A stretch of DNA of 45,032 nucleotides. Origin: an uncultured Erysipelotrichaceae bacterium. GTDB lineage: Bacteria > Bacillota_I > Bacilli_A > Erysipelotrichales > Erysipelotrichaceae. Where the stretch lies: positions 1 through 45,032 of the forward strand of contig CADCPY010000073.1 in assembly GCA_902803495.1 (NCBI GenBank), given 5' to 3'. Of the stretch, positions 26,498 to 38,118 are shown piece by piece (the first letter of the stretch is position 1; each line of letters begins with the position of its first letter). Both the position numbers and the translations under genes were made by a program. The notes beneath the pieces were generated by a model. That model made no database searches and was not told where the DNA came from. It saw nothing but the letters and a program-made list of their open reading frames with translations.

Positions 26498-27901
26498 ATG
26501 ATCATTGGTGACTGGTATCTGACACTGCCGAGTAAACTGGAAAGCCTTGCTCCCCTGAGCATTTCCTATGCCGCTTTTCTTTTGGCAGCTTTTTTCCTTT
26601 GCCGCATCTTCTCCGCCAGACTCCGTCCGCTGGTTCTGATCATTGCCAACTGCTTCTTCCTGTACAGTTTTTCTTTCGAGCACTTAAAGTACGCACTGAT
26701 CCTCAGCGGGATCGGATATCTTCTTTCTTTGCTCATCAAACGTACTCACCGCAAGGAAATCCTCTATTTATCTATATTATTATATATAGGCATTCTGAGT
26801 TATCTGAAACTGCCTGCGCTTTTTCAGCATGACCATCTGCTGCCGCTTGGCATCAGCTTCTATACATTTAAGATTCTATCCTATCTGATTGATCTTTTCC
26901 GTAACACTACGGATGGAACCTATAATCCGCTGTACTATTTCAGCTATGTTCTCTTTTTCCCCTGCATCACAGCCGGACCGATCCATCGCTTCGACGGCTT
27001 CTATCAGGTCATCCGCAACACGCAGACATTTGACTACAAAGACGCGAAAAACGGCGGCTTCCGCGTGATCCTGGGCATTTACGAAAAGATCGTTTTCTGT
27101 GACTATATCGCCTCCGTCAGCGAGAAAGCCATGTCCGCGGAACTTTCCGGCTGGAATACCCTGCTGGGTATCCTGCTGTACTCCTTTGCCATCTATCTGG
27201 ACTTTGATTCCTATTCCAATATTGCCCTGGGCTCGGCCCGTCTTTTGGGCTTCCGTTTGGAAGAGAACTTCCAGACACCGTATCTTGCCAAAAGCCTGAA
27301 AGATTTCTGGCGCAGATGGCACATCTCCCTTTCCTCCTTCTTCCGGGATTATCTTTATATTCCGCTCGGCGGAAACCGGAAAGGAAAACTGATCCGGTAC
27401 CGCAACCTGCTGATCGTCTTTGCTGTCTCCGGCATATGGCACGGCTTCGCGTGGCACTATCTGCTCTGGGGACTGTTACACGGTCTTCTTCTCATCATCG
27501 AAGATGTACTCTTCGGCAAACTGTTAAAAAAGAACAGCATCCTGCTCACTCTGATCGGGATTCCTGTTACCTTTACCGTTGTCTCATTCTTATGGCTGCC
27601 GTTCCGCATGGAAAACATGGCGGAAGTTCTGGCCGTACTGAAACGGCTCAGTATCGCGCAAAACTTCAGTTATGAAGCCATCGGCATGACGCTGAACGAA
27701 GCTTACTGGCTTCTGGCGGTGACTGTCATCGTGATCCTCTGTGACCTTTTGCGTTACAGAAGAAATCTTATCGAGGACTATTCCCGCCTGTACTTCCCGC
27801 TTCGCTGGATCGGCTATGCCGTACTGGTGATCACTTTTTTGATTTTCGGCATGTACGGCGGATCCTTTGAGGCTTCGGACTTTATTTATCAATTCTTCTG
27901 A
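26498..27901 (+). CDS. MBOAT-family membrane O-acyltransferase (AlgI/DltB/PatA-like)
   Basis: A polytopic membrane protein with FWRRWHISLSSFFRDYLYIPLGGNR and SGIWHG (conserved MBOAT His). AGGAG lies 7 nt upstream of the ATG. Confidence 0.9.
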   Translation: MIIGDWYLTLPSKLESLAPLSISYAAFLLAAFFLCRIFSARLRPLVLIIANCFFLYSFSFEHLKYALILSGIGYLLSLLIKRTHRKEILYLSILLYIGILSYLKLPALFQHDHLLPLGISFYTFKILSYLIDLFRNTTDGTYNPLYYFSYVLFFPCITAGPIHRFDGFYQVIRNTQTFDYKDAKNGGFRVILGIYEKIVFCDYIASVSEKAMSAELSGWNTLLGILLYSFAIYLDFDSYSNIALGSARLLGFRLEENFQTPYLAKSLKDFWRRWHISLSSFFRDYLYIPLGGNRKGKLIRYRNLLIVFAVSGIWHGFAWHYLLWGLLHGLLLIIEDVLFGKLLKKNSILLTLIGIPVTFTVVSFLWLPFRMENMAEVLAVLKRLSIAQNFSYEAIGMTLNEAYWLLAVTVIVILCDLLRYRRNLIEDYSRLYFPLRWIGYAVLVITFLIFGMYGGSFEASDFIYQFF

Positions 27902-27903
27902 TT

Positions 27904-29349
27904 ATGAAACGCATCCTGACTTTCTTTGGAAACATCCTGCAGATCGTTATCAAGCTGGCACTTGCCGTTGTGCTGGTCTTTTCGTCATTCACGTATCTGA
28001 ACAAAGTCTTCTACAATAAGGATGTCTACCGGGCGGAAGACTTCCGCTCCCTGCCGGAAAACTGTCTGGATGTGCTGGTGCTGGGTTCTTCCCATGCCCA
28101 GTATTCCTTCAACCCGGCCTTCTTCTATGAAGAAACGGGTCTTTATTCCTACGTGCTCGGATCTTCCTGCCAGCCGTTTAAAGTCAGCTATCAGATGCTG
28201 AAGGAAGGCTTAAAGACGCAGAGTCCGAAAACGGTCATCCTGGAAGTCTACACCGCTTTGCCGCTGCGCTCCATCTGTGAAGGTGACAGCTGCTATGTCC
28301 GGGCGGAATACGAGATGACGGGAGAGGAAAAATACGAGACGATCAACTACCTTCCGGAAGAAAAAGCCGCCCAGTACCGCAACGACTTCGTCAACTACCA
28401 TAATGACTGGCGGACGCTCAAAGACTGGAAAGAACTGCTGCCAGGCCATGTCTTTGCGCCAAAAGAGGAAGGCATTCAGTATACGACCTTCGGCTATGTC
28501 TACAACGAACCGGCATGGGACTACACCAATTTCTGGCTCCCTGCCACTTATCTGAATGTTCCGGAAGCGGAATTACGGGAAGAGGATCTCACGGCGTTAA
28601 ACGACATTCTCACCCTCTGCAACGAAAAAGGGATTCAGCTGTATCTCTATAAGACCCCGATGGATCAGATGGACGATGTCAACTACGGCTACCTCAAAAA
28701 GGTGTTTGCCTGGGCGGAAGAGAACGGCGTGGATTACTGCAATTTCCTAAAGGAAGCGGCGGGTCTGGAGTACTTCATGAACATCCATTCCGATTCCTAC
28801 CATCCTTATATTAACGGTGCCGCCATCATCACCCATGAGCTGGCCAGACGCATCACGGCACCTTCCTACGCCTATGCGCATGCGGAAAACGCCGAGCTCA
28901 CGCAGCTCTACCACGAGATCGAACAGGGCTACACCGTCCGCTATCTGCCGTATGAAGTCAGCCCGTTCAAGGTGCTCTTACGCTATCAGAACACCAGCGG
29001 CTACGTCATTCTCCATTATCTGAAGACGGAAAGCGAACCGCTGGACGAGCTGAAACAGCCGCTGAATGCCATGGTGCAGAAAGGAATCGACTACACGCAG
29101 AACTACTTCGCTCTGATCCATAACGGAGAGCTGGTAACGGATTCCAACAGTGCAATCGACACGGAGATCCACGGTCATACCCTGCATGTCAGCGCCAATC
29201 AGATTTTAATTGACGGCGCGGCGCAGGATGCCTCCGGCCCGTTGACTCTGATGTTTTTAACGGACAAGGCCGATCAATGGTACGCCCACCATCTGGAATA
29301 CCGCGGCTACACATGGGAATGGGGTTATCACTACTACACCAAAGACTGA
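27904..29349 (+). CDS. membrane-anchored DltD/SGNH-like putative O-acyltransferase/esterase partner of the MBOAT protein
   Basis: The start lies 2 nt after the MBOAT stop. It has an N-terminal TM segment, LVLGSSHAQ (28084-28095) and SDSYHPYINGAAIITHELARRI (Asp 28792-28794, His 28801-28803) resembling SGNH blocks I and V. The C-terminal ~130 aa are unassigned. Confidence 0.65.
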   Translation: MKRILTFFGNILQIVIKLALAVVLVFSSFTYLNKVFYNKDVYRAEDFRSLPENCLDVLVLGSSHAQYSFNPAFFYEETGLYSYVLGSSCQPFKVSYQMLKEGLKTQSPKTVILEVYTALPLRSICEGDSCYVRAEYEMTGEEKYETINYLPEEKAAQYRNDFVNYHNDWRTLKDWKELLPGHVFAPKEEGIQYTTFGYVYNEPAWDYTNFWLPATYLNVPEAELREEDLTALNDILTLCNEKGIQLYLYKTPMDQMDDVNYGYLKKVFAWAEENGVDYCNFLKEAAGLEYFMNIHSDSYHPYINGAAIITHELARRITAPSYAYAHAENAELTQLYHEIEQGYTVRYLPYEVSPFKVLLRYQNTSGYVILHYLKTESEPLDELKQPLNAMVQKGIDYTQNYFALIHNGELVTDSNSAIDTEIHGHTLHVSANQILIDGAAQDASGPLTLMFLTDKADQWYAHHLEYRGYTWEWGYHYYTKD

Positions 29350-29358
29350 GAACATGAC

Positions 29359-29391
29359 AAAAGGGGAACGGAATAACCGTTCCCCTTTTTT
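29359..29391 (+). terminator. intrinsic terminator after the MBOAT pair (convergent with the rpoC end)
   Basis: AAAAGGGGAACGG-AATAA-CCGTTCCCCTTTTTT. Confidence 0.8.
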
Positions 29392-29407
29392 GTGTTGTGT
29401 TACAGAA

Positions 29408-32400
29408 TTATTCTTCTGTTTCGATTTCTTCCACTTCCACAGTTTCTTCTGCTTCCATTTCCGGAATCACTTCCACGGCTTCATCCACCGGAAGCGCCTG
29501 CTGTTCTTCGTACCTGGCGTTGCGGGCTTCCCGTTCGGCCTTCATTTCCGCGGCAAGAGCCAGGATCTTCTTGGTCGTTTCACGTTCTTCCTTGCAGCCG
29601 GTACCGGCAGGAATCATCTTACCGATGATAACATTTTCCTTTAAGCCTCTGAGGTGATCAACCTTGCCGTTGATGGCGGCATCCGTTAATACCTTTGTTG
29701 TTTCCTGGAAGGAAGCAGCACTTAAGAAGGAATCTGTTTCAACAGCAGCCTTGGAGATACCGAGCATGATGGCACCGAATGTTGCCGGGCGTTTGCCCTG
29801 CATTAACATGTCACGGTTGATGTTGGTTATGTTGGCCAGAGAGATGGTAATACCACTGCTCAGATCCGTATCACCCGGATCGACCACGACAACCTTACGC
29901 AGCATCTGACGGATCATGACTTCGATATGTTTGTCGTTGATACCGATACCCTGAGTGCTGTAAACCTTCTGGACTTCCTTTAAGATGTAGTCCTGGGCAG
30001 CACGGACACCGGCAACTTCCAGCAGTTCCTTCGGTGCGATCTGACCTTCTGTCAGTTCTTCACCGGCCTTGACATAGTCGCCGACCTTTAAGTCGAAGCG
30101 GATTGCCTGGGCATGGTCTGCCTTATGTTCGATGGATTCGTTGGCATTGGCAACCACGATCTTGGTACCGTTGCCGTTTTCGTTCTCTTCAATGGAGACG
30201 ACTTCACCGTCGATCTTGCTGATGACGGACACTCTCTTCGGAACACGTGCTTCGAACAGTTCTTCAACACGCGGTAAACCCTGTGTGATATCGCTGCCGC
30301 CGGCAACACCGCCGGTGTGGAAGTTACGCATTGTCAGCTGAGTACCCGGTTCACCGATGGACTGTGCAGCCATAATACCGACAGCCTCACCGATTTCAAC
30401 GATATTGCCTGTGGCGATGTTACGTCCATAGCACTTCTTACAGATACCGTACTGGGATTCACAGCAGAGAACGTCTCTGATGTAAACCTGTTCAATACCT
30501 GCATTGACGATTCTGTGGGCGATGTCTTCATCGATGAATTCGTCGCTGGCAATAATCAGCTCGTTGGTATTCGGATCGTAGATGTCTTCTTTCGAATAAC
30601 GTCCTACGATACGGTCAAATAAGGATTCGATGACCGAGTTTTCTCTCTCGTTCATGATGGTCTTGGCTAAGTATGCTCTGTCTGTACCGCAGTCTTCTTC
30701 AATGATGATAACATCCTGAGCAACGTCAACCAGACGTCTTGTTAAATAACCGGATTCTGCTGTCTTTAAGGCAGTATCCGTTAAACCTTTACGGACACCG
30801 TGAGTGGAAATAAAGAATTCGCTCACGTTCAGACCTTCACGGAAGCAGGAATAGATTGGGACCTCGATAATGGAGGACTGATAACCCTTCTTGCTCTTGG
30901 ACTGTGTCGGTTTACCCATTAAGCCTCGCATACCGGCCAGCTGAGTGATCTGGGATGCGTTACCACGGGCTCCGGAGACCGCCATCATGTTGATGGTGTT
31001 CTTTCTCGGCATGTTGTCCATTAATTCCTGACCGATCTGGTTCTTGATGTCAGTCCAGACCGCATTCAGATGTCTTTCCCATTCCGGTGCAGTCAGTTTA
31101 CCACGGTTGTATAACCGCTTTAACGTATTGGCCTTGGCCTTGCCTTCTTCCACCAGAGCGTATTTGCTCTTTTCCACGTTGATGTCGCTTAACGCAACCG
31201 TCATACCGTATTTTGTGGAATACAGGAAGCCTAAGTCCTTGATCTTATCCAGCACTTCAGAAGTGTGCTCGATGTGATAACGGCGGTAAACTTCCGCAAC
31301 GACAGCTCCCAGGTTCTTTTTCTTCAGGTCACGTAAGACCGGAGTCTTGGCAAAGTATTCCTTGACATCCGTACCCGGTGCCAGGAAGTATTTGTCCGGA
31401 GTTCCCTGGAAGTCTTCTGCAAAGGCTTCGTTCAGATAAGGGAAGTCACTCGGGAAGATCTGGTTGAAGATGACCTTACCGACTGATGTGACTAATAAAC
31501 GTTTGTTCTGCTCTTCCGTAAAGCCGTCCTTATGTAAGGATGCAGCACGGATCGCGATACGGGTGTGAAGATGGACGACACCCTCATCGTAAGCGATGAC
31601 GACTTCGTTCGGATTCGTGAAGACATGGCCTTCATTGTCACCGAAGACTCTCCAGGCATCGGCAGACTTCTTGTCACCTAACGCTTCCAGCTGATCGGCT
31701 TTCTGGTAGAACTCTTCCTTGGTTTCTTCCATGTTCAGATAGAAGTTACCAAGGACCATGTCCTGCTCAGGAGTAACGATCGGCTGACCGCTTGCAGGAC
31801 CTAAGATGTTGTTGTTACCCAAGATCAGTACTTTTGCTTCCGCACATGCTTCTTCGCTTAACGGAACGTGAACAGCCATCTGGTCACCGTCGAAGTCGGC
31901 GTTGAATGCCGGACATACCAGCGGATGCAGACGGATGGCACGGCCTTCCACGAGTTTCGGCATGAAGGCCTGGATACCCAGACGGTGCAGCGTCGGAGCA
32001 CGGTTCAGTAAGACCGGACGGCGTTTGATGATATCTTCCACGATATCCCATACTCTCGGGTCCTGTCTGTCAATCAGCTTTTCCGCTGTCTTCGGGTTGG
32101 AAGCAATATTGGAATTGACCAGTTCGTTGATAACGAACGGACGGAATAACTGAATCGCCATTTCTCTCGGCAGACCGCACTCATACATCTTGAGGTCCGG
32201 TCCGACCGCGATAACGCTACGGCCGGAGAAGTCGACTCGTTTTCCTAATAAGTTCTGTCTGAAACGTCCCTGTTTTCCCTTTAAGGAATGGCTCAGGGAT
32301 TTCAGTGCTCTGCCGCCGGCTCCTGTGACCGGTTTGGAACGTCTGCCGTTGTCAATTAAGGCATCGACAGCTTCCTGCAGCATACGCTTTTCGTTCTGGA

Positions 32401-33241
32401 CGATAATGCTCGGAGTTCCCAGTTCCAGTAACTTCTTTAAACGGTTGTTACGGGTGATAACTCTGCGGTATAAATCGTTCAGATCGCTGGTCGCAAAACG
32501 ACCGCCGTCCAGCTGCAGCATCGGGCGGAGATCCGGTGGTATGACCGGTAAAACCGTCAGTACCATCCATTCCGGTTTGTTGCCGGAGTTGATGAACGCC
32601 TCAACTGTTTCCAGACGTTTGATTAATTTCTTTCTCTTGTCGCCCTGGGCATCTTTCAGCTCATCCTTGATGGCCTTGTGTTCTTTTTCCAGGTCAACAT
32701 GTTCCAGTAATGTTTTTACCGCTTCTGCACCGGTCTGTGCCTTGAAGGCGTTGGAACCGTAGATGGCAGTATTTTCACGGTATTCTCTTTCGGAAAGGAT
32801 CTGCTTGTATTCCAGACTGGTTTCTCCCGGATCGGTGACAACCCAGCTGACGAAGTAGACAACTTCTTCCAGAGCTTTCGGAGTGATATTCAGAAGCAGG
32901 CTCATACGGCTCGGAATGCCTCTTAAATACCAGATGTGGGCAACAGGTGCCGCTAAGGCAATGTGACCCATTCTTTCACGACGTACGGAGGATTTTGTAA
33001 CTTCAACACCGCAGCGGTCGCAGATCACTCCCTGATAACGGATCTTCTTATATTTTCCGCAATAACATTCCCAGTCCTTGGTCGGACCGAAAATTCTTTC
33101 GCAGAATAAACCGTCTCTTTCCGGTTTCTGAGAACGGTAGTTGATTGTTTCCGGTTTCTTTACTTCACCGTGAGACCATTCGAGGATTCTCTCAGGAGAA
33201 GCAAGTCCAATTTTCATTGACGCAAACTGATTTACACTCAT
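29408..33241 (-). CDS. rpoC: DNA-directed RNA polymerase subunit beta' (1277 aa, acidic C-terminal tail)
   Basis: [29 protein letters not shown]...[14 protein letters not shown] is the catalytic motif. AGGAGG overlaps the rpoB stop. Confidence 0.99.
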   Translation of the reverse strand: MSVNQFASMKIGLASPERILEWSHGEVKKPETINYRSQKPERDGLFCERIFGPTKDWECYCGKYKKIRYQGVICDRCGVEVTKSSVRRERMGHIALAAPVAHIWYLRGIPSRMSLLLNITPKALEEVVYFVSWVVTDPGETSLEYKQILSEREYRENTAIYGSNAFKAQTGAEAVKTLLEHVDLEKEHKAIKDELKDAQGDKRKKLIKRLETVEAFINSGNKPEWMVLTVLPVIPPDLRPMLQLDGGRFATSDLNDLYRRVITRNNRLKKLLELGTPSIIVQNEKRMLQEAVDALIDNGRRSKPVTGAGGRALKSLSHSLKGKQGRFRQNLLGKRVDFSGRSVIAVGPDLKMYECGLPREMAIQLFRPFVINELVNSNIASNPKTAEKLIDRQDPRVWDIVEDIIKRRPVLLNRAPTLHRLGIQAFMPKLVEGRAIRLHPLVCPAFNADFDGDQMAVHVPLSEEACAEAKVLILGNNNILGPASGQPIVTPEQDMVLGNFYLNMEETKEEFYQKADQLEALGDKKSADAWRVFGDNEGHVFTNPNEVVIAYDEGVVHLHTRIAIRAASLHKDGFTEEQNKRLLVTSVGKVIFNQIFPSDFPYLNEAFAEDFQGTPDKYFLAPGTDVKEYFAKTPVLRDLKKKNLGAVVAEVYRRYHIEHTSEVLDKIKDLGFLYSTKYGMTVALSDINVEKSKYALVEEGKAKANTLKRLYNRGKLTAPEWERHLNAVWTDIKNQIGQELMDNMPRKNTINMMAVSGARGNASQITQLAGMRGLMGKPTQSKSKKGYQSSIIEVPIYSCFREGLNVSEFFISTHGVRKGLTDTALKTAESGYLTRRLVDVAQDVIIIEEDCGTDRAYLAKTIMNERENSVIESLFDRIVGRYSKEDIYDPNTNELIIASDEFIDEDIAHRIVNAGIEQVYIRDVLCCESQYGICKKCYGRNIATGNIVEIGEAVGIMAAQSIGEPGTQLTMRNFHTGGVAGGSDITQGLPRVEELFEARVPKRVSVISKIDGEVVSIEENENGNGTKIVVANANESIEHKADHAQAIRFDLKVGDYVKAGEELTEGQIAPKELLEVAGVRAAQDYILKEVQKVYSTQGIGINDKHIEVMIRQMLRKVVVVDPGDTDLSSGITISLANITNINRDMLMQGKRPATFGAIMLGISKAAVETDSFLSAASFQETTKVLTDAAINGKVDHLRGLKENVIIGKMIPAGTGCKEERETTKKILALAAEMKAEREARNARYEEQQALPVDEAVEVIPEMEAEETVEVEEIETEE

Positions 33242-33255
33242 CTTTTCCCATCCTC

Positions 33256-36200
33256 CTATTCTGCATAATCGCTGGATTCATCGTCTCCGAAGCCAACGAT
33301 CGTTTCCGGTAAGTCATCTTCCATTTCCGCAACAAATTCCTGTGCGGCCGGGAGACTTGCCGTGGTTTCCGTTTCAACGGCATCCTTGATCTCTTCCTGT
33401 TCCATCTTCTTCATGTCGATTTCATTGCCTTCTTCGTCATAGAGACGGACATCCAATGCCAACGCCTGAAGTTCATGTTTCAGAACACGGAAGGATTCCG
33501 GGACACCCGGTTCCGGAATGTCTTTTCCCTTGATGATAGCTTCATAAGTCTTGGTACGACCTGTGATATCATCGGATTTGATTGTCAGGATTTCTCCTAA
33601 TGTATAAGCTGCACCGTATGCTTCCAGAGCCCAGACTTCCATTTCCCCGAATCTCTGGCCGCCGTTCTGAGCTTTACCGCCCAAAGGCTGCTGAGTGACG
33701 AGGGAGTAAGGACCCGTGGCACGGGCATGCAGTTTATCGTCGACCATGTGAGCCAGTTTGATCATGTACATGACACCGACAGAAATTCTGTCATCAAACG
33801 GTTCGCCTGTCTTTCCGTCATAGAGGACCATCTTGCCGTCCGGGGAGTTATTGGCTTCTTTCATGATGTCCATTAATTCATCATTGGAGATGCCGTCGAA
33901 AACCGGAGTGGAATACTTCACACCAAGTTTTCTGGCAGCCCAGCCCAATGTGACTTCCAGGATCTGACCGATGTTCATACGGGACGGAACACCGAACGGG
34001 TTCAGGACGATATCGATTGGCGTACCATCCTGCATGTACGGCATGTCTTCGACCGGTAAAATACGGGAAATAACACCCTTGTTACCGTGACGGCCGGCCA
34101 TCTTGTCACCTTCGGAGATCTTACGTTTCTGGACGATGTAGACCTTAACGATTTCATTGACTCCAGGAGGCAGTTCATAGCCGTCTTCTCTCTTGAAGAA
34201 GCGGACCATCTGGACAATACCGGCACCGCCGTGCGGAACCTTCAGGGAGTTGTCACGTACTTCACGGGACTTTTCACCGAAGATTGCCAGTAATAATTTT
34301 TCTTCCGGACTGATTTCACTCTGTCCTTTCGGAGTTACCTTACCGACTAAGATATCCCCTTCCTTAACTTCGGCACCGACCATGACAACACCGCGGGCGT
34401 TGAGGTGGCGGCAGGAGTTCTCGGAGACGTTTGGAATGTCTCTTGTGATTTCCTCAGGGCCTAATTTTGTTTCACGGACTTCCGTTTCATATTCTTCAAT
34501 ATGGATGGAAGTGTAAACATCTTCCTTGACTAAACGCTCACTTAAAATGATGGCGTCTTCGTAGGAATAACCGTACCACGGCATGTAAGCAACGACAACG
34601 TTCTGACCTAATGCCAGCTCGCCGTTTTCCATGGACGGACCATCCGCGATAACATCGCCTGCGTCGACCTGTTCGCCGCGCTTGACGATCGGATGCTGGT
34701 TGATGCATGTTCCGCTGTTGCTTCTTCTGAATTTTGCCAGATCGTATTCTCTGGATCCGTCTTCGCCTTCGATGACAATACGGGAAGCGTCAACATACGT
34801 GACGATACCGCTGTTCTTGGCGATCACACCGCTTCCGGAGTCTTTGGCAACACGGTATTCAATACCGGTACCGACCATCGGGGAATGCGGACGTAAAAGC
34901 GGAATGGCCTGACGCTGCATGTTTGCACCCATTAAGGCACGGGAAGCGTCGTCGTTTTCCAGGAACGGGATACAGGCTGTTGCGGCGGAAACGATCTGTT
35001 TCGGAGAAACGTCGGCTAATTCCACGTCTTCTCTCTTGGCCATGATCGTTTCACCCTTCTTACGGGCAACAACTTCATCGTTGGTTAAATATCCGTCATG
35101 AACTTCGTTCGCCTGAGCGATGATGTAATCGAGTTCGTCATCGGCAGAGAGATAAACGACATCTTCGGATACGTAACCGTCTTTTACCTTACGGTAAGGT
35201 GTCTGAATAAATCCGTATTCATTCACCTTGGCATATGTTGTTAAGTTGGAGATCAAGCCGATGTTCGGACCTTCCGGTGTTTCAATCGGGCAGATTCTTC
35301 CATAGTGAGTGGAGTGAACGTCACGGACTTCGTAGGAAGCACGTTCTCTTGTCAGACCACCCGGACCTAAAGCACTGATACGGCGCTTATTGGTCAATTC
35401 GGCCAACGGGTTGACCTGGTCCATAAACTGAGACAGCTGAGAAGAAGAGAAGAACTCTTTGATCGCTGCCGTCAATGGACGGATGTTGGTCAGAGTCTTC
35501 GGTGTTAAGGTGGAAACTTCACTGATGGACATTCTTTCCTTAACGGCACGTTCCATACGGCTTAAGCCGATACGGAACTGGTTCTGAATCAGTTCTCCGA
35601 CCGTGCGGATACGACGGTTGCCTAACATATCGATATCATCGACGTCGCCGACTGTATCCAGCATGTTTAATAAGTAGGAATAAGAAGCGTACATATCGGA
35701 AATCATGACTGTCTTCTTATTGATCAGCGGATCCGTTGCGATGACTTTGATGACATGATCACTGTTGGCAGTTGTGGTGATCTTCATCGTCTGTACAGCA
35801 GCACCGATCAGCCAGGCTTGGACCTTTTGGCCATTCTGGACCAGATTCACGATTTCGTTTTCTTCCGCATTGGATAATTTCGCAACCGCATAGTCCGGAA
35901 TATAACGCATCACGGCAAGTTTGTCGTTGACTAAGACATCTTCGCCTTCGCAGAGAACTCTGCCTAAGACGAATAAACGCTGACCGTAGTTCAGTACACT
36001 GCGGACGTTTTCCTTAGTTAAAATGACCTTGCGGGATGTGATGGATGCATAAACTGCAACTTCTTCCACTTCTTTTGCGAGGGCTTTGACGTCCTCTTCC
36101 GTCAGAACTGTACCCTGTTCCAACGTGATTTTGCTCAACTCAACGTCTTCTGCCAGCACTCTGCCCACTAAAGCGAAGGTGTGAGCTGTCGGAACACTGG

Positions 36201-37392
36201 CAATGTCCGGATGAGAGAACAGATGGTTGAACGGATATGCTTCGACATGCTGGCCGTTTGCCAGTTCTGCCTTTAAGACATCACGTTCTTCCCGGTTGAT
36301 CTTTGTACCGGCTTTGTAGATGACTTTTCCCTTGGCATCCTTAACGTTTTCTGCCAGGTAAGAGCCGTCCAGACGGTTGACCAGACCGAGTTTTTTCTTT
36401 AATTTATATCTACCTGCCTTGGTTAAGTCATAACGTCTGGCATCAAAGAACTTCGTGTTCATGACGTTGATGGAACCATCTAATGTCGGAACTTCGTCAG
36501 ATCTCTGGTTTTCGTAGATATTTAATAAAGCTTCGTTGGCTGTTTTGATCTTATCTGCGACCAGTGTATTCGGTAATTCTTCATAGTTTCCGAAGAATGC
36601 CGTGTACAGCAGGATATACAGATTCAGATACTCGCGCTGTTCGCCTTCCACTAAGAATTCGGAATTTCCCATTAAGCCTAAAGCTTCAAGGAATGTTTCC
36701 ATGGAAGTTGCGTCGAATGCGTCTTCATTCTTTTCATAATTCAAACCGAAACCGATCGCTTTGAAGAGGATCGTGGATAAGATCTTTCTCTTTCTGTCCA
36801 CGCTCATGTTCACGATTCTGCCCAGGCTTGCCTTCTTGGAATCCGTCATGAATTCCAGCCAAGTGCCGCGGCTCGGGATCAGTTCCGAGTTGTAAACTTC
36901 TTTTCCCGTCTTGTCTTCCGTAGTGATTTCATAGTAAGCACCCGGAGAACGGACGATCTGGCTGACGATAACACGTTCGGCACCGTTGATAATGAACGTA
37001 CCTGTTTCTGTCATCATCGGCATATCGCCGAAATAGACGTCTTCATATTTGGTGATGACTTCACCAGTGGAACTGTCAACAATTTCCAGTTCCATTTTTG
37101 CTTTCAGCAAGGATGTATAGTTTGTTTCACGAATTTTGGCTTCGTTGACGCTATACTTCGGTTCAGCAAATTCGTAATCTAAAAATTTGAGACGAATGCT
37201 GCCACTGTAGTTCGTAATCGGATAAATCTCTTCGAAAACCTCGCGAATTCCTTCGTCTTTAAACCACTGGAACGAATTCGTCTGGATTTCGACTAAATTT
37301 GGCAATTCCAGGGTACCGCTGACCTTGGAATAGTCCCGACGACTGGCTTTTTTACCGAGTTTGATCTCTTTGTATGCTTGTGTTTTCTCCAT
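33256..37392 (-). CDS. rpoB: DNA-directed RNA polymerase subunit beta (1378 aa)
   Basis: [72 protein letters not shown] and [15 protein letters not shown]. Confidence 0.99.
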   Translation of the reverse strand: MEKTQAYKEIKLGKKASRRDYSKVSGTLELPNLVEIQTNSFQWFKDEGIREVFEEIYPITNYSGSIRLKFLDYEFAEPKYSVNEAKIRETNYTSLLKAKMELEIVDSSTGEVITKYEDVYFGDMPMMTETGTFIINGAERVIVSQIVRSPGAYYEITTEDKTGKEVYNSELIPSRGTWLEFMTDSKKASLGRIVNMSVDRKRKILSTILFKAIGFGLNYEKNEDAFDATSMETFLEALGLMGNSEFLVEGEQREYLNLYILLYTAFFGNYEELPNTLVADKIKTANEALLNIYENQRSDEVPTLDGSINVMNTKFFDARRYDLTKAGRYKLKKKLGLVNRLDGSYLAENVKDAKGKVIYKAGTKINREERDVLKAELANGQHVEAYPFNHLFSHPDIASVPTAHTFALVGRVLAEDVELSKITLEQGTVLTEEDVKALAKEVEEVAVYASITSRKVILTKENVRSVLNYGQRLFVLGRVLCEGEDVLVNDKLAVMRYIPDYAVAKLSNAEENEIVNLVQNGQKVQAWLIGAAVQTMKITTTANSDHVIKVIATDPLINKKTVMISDMYASYSYLLNMLDTVGDVDDIDMLGNRRIRTVGELIQNQFRIGLSRMERAVKERMSISEVSTLTPKTLTNIRPLTAAIKEFFSSSQLSQFMDQVNPLAELTNKRRISALGPGGLTRERASYEVRDVHSTHYGRICPIETPEGPNIGLISNLTTYAKVNEYGFIQTPYRKVKDGYVSEDVVYLSADDELDYIIAQANEVHDGYLTNDEVVARKKGETIMAKREDVELADVSPKQIVSAATACIPFLENDDASRALMGANMQRQAIPLLRPHSPMVGTGIEYRVAKDSGSGVIAKNSGIVTYVDASRIVIEGEDGSREYDLAKFRRSNSGTCINQHPIVKRGEQVDAGDVIADGPSMENGELALGQNVVVAYMPWYGYSYEDAIILSERLVKEDVYTSIHIEEYETEVRETKLGPEEITRDIPNVSENSCRHLNARGVVMVGAEVKEGDILVGKVTPKGQSEISPEEKLLLAIFGEKSREVRDNSLKVPHGGAGIVQMVRFFKREDGYELPPGVNEIVKVYIVQKRKISEGDKMAGRHGNKGVISRILPVEDMPYMQDGTPIDIVLNPFGVPSRMNIGQILEVTLGWAARKLGVKYSTPVFDGISNDELMDIMKEANNSPDGKMVLYDGKTGEPFDDRISVGVMYMIKLAHMVDDKLHARATGPYSLVTQQPLGGKAQNGGQRFGEMEVWALEAYGAAYTLGEILTIKSDDITGRTKTYEAIIKGKDIPEPGVPESFRVLKHELQALALDVRLYDEEGNEIDMKKMEQEEIKDAVETETTASLPAAQEFVAEMEDDLPETIVGFGDDESSDYAE

Positions 37393-37454
37393 AAAGCCAT
37401 CCTTTCATTTGAGGAACGACATTGCTGCCGTTTCCCCGATTTGCAGTGTCAATA

Positions 37455-38069
37455 TTAGCATTCCGCTTCGGAAAGTCTATTTTTCCTACAGCGTAGTATG
37501 TAATATCCCTTGTCCCGCGTGACAACCTCGCAGTTGCCAAACAGGGTTTCAAGCTTTGTCATTGCGCTTTTCGCGCCTTGTTGTTTACGAATAACGACCC
37601 AAAGCGAGCCATTCGGCAAAAGATGCTCACACGCTTCCGTAAAGAAACGGTAGACAACTTCCTTGCCGGCCCGGATCGGGGGATTGGTAATGACGGTGTC
37701 AAACATCAGATCTGTCTGGATACCGTCAGAGACGACCGCCGTAACGCTTGCCTGATTCTTATCCTTGTTTTCAAGCGTCAGTTCTACAGCTCTCGGATTG
37801 ATATCGATTGCTGTAACGTTTTTGCCGGTGATTTTTGATGCAACCACCGAAATCAGTCCATAACCGCAGCCGAGGTCCAGAATTCTCTCTTCCGTCCCGT
37901 CACGGTGCTTTGCAAAGCTCTCCAAGAGCACTTCGCTGCCGTAATCCGGGCGGTCTTTGGAGAAGACCCCGGCGTCGGTTGTGAATACATAATTAATGCC
38001 CAAAAACCGGAAAGGAATTTCTTTCCGGTTATGGTGCATTTCTGTGTTATCGGTATAATAATGACTCAA
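37455..38069 (-). CDS. class I SAM-dependent methyltransferase (YbxB/RsmC-like small-domain methyltransferase)
   Basis: ILDLGCGYGLISV is the SAM motif and ITNPPIRAGK the NPP motif. It occupies the same rplL-rpoB slot as B. subtilis ybxB. The start is TTG with AAGGAGG 7 nt upstream. Confidence 0.85.
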   Translation of the reverse strand: MSHYYTDNTEMHHNRKEIPFRFLGINYVFTTDAGVFSKDRPDYGSEVLLESFAKHRDGTEERILDLGCGYGLISVVASKITGKNVTAIDINPRAVELTLENKDKNQASVTAVVSDGIQTDLMFDTVITNPPIRAGKEVVYRFFTEACEHLLPNGSLWVVIRKQQGAKSAMTKLETLFGNCEVVTRDKGYYILRCRKNRLSEAEC

Positions 38070-38118
38070 GTTATCGCCTCCTTGGCAATAACATCATCCA
38101 TGCAATTCAATTGTGAAA

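Noticed and set aside
26876-27457. 193-aa minus-strand ORF inside the MBOAT gene
   Set aside because: It is a shadow frame opposite a CDS with strong MBOAT motifs and has no translation signals.
29354-29657. Three overlapping plus-strand ORFs rich in F, S and L
   Set aside because: They are the antisense reading of the GAA/GAG-rich acidic tail of rpoC. They also overlap the terminator at 29359-29391.
37424-37452. Consensus TTGACA on the minus strand just upstream of rpoB
   Set aside because: No -10-like hexamer lies 16-18 nt downstream (GGCAGC at that position). rpoB is more likely co-transcribed with the upstream genes.
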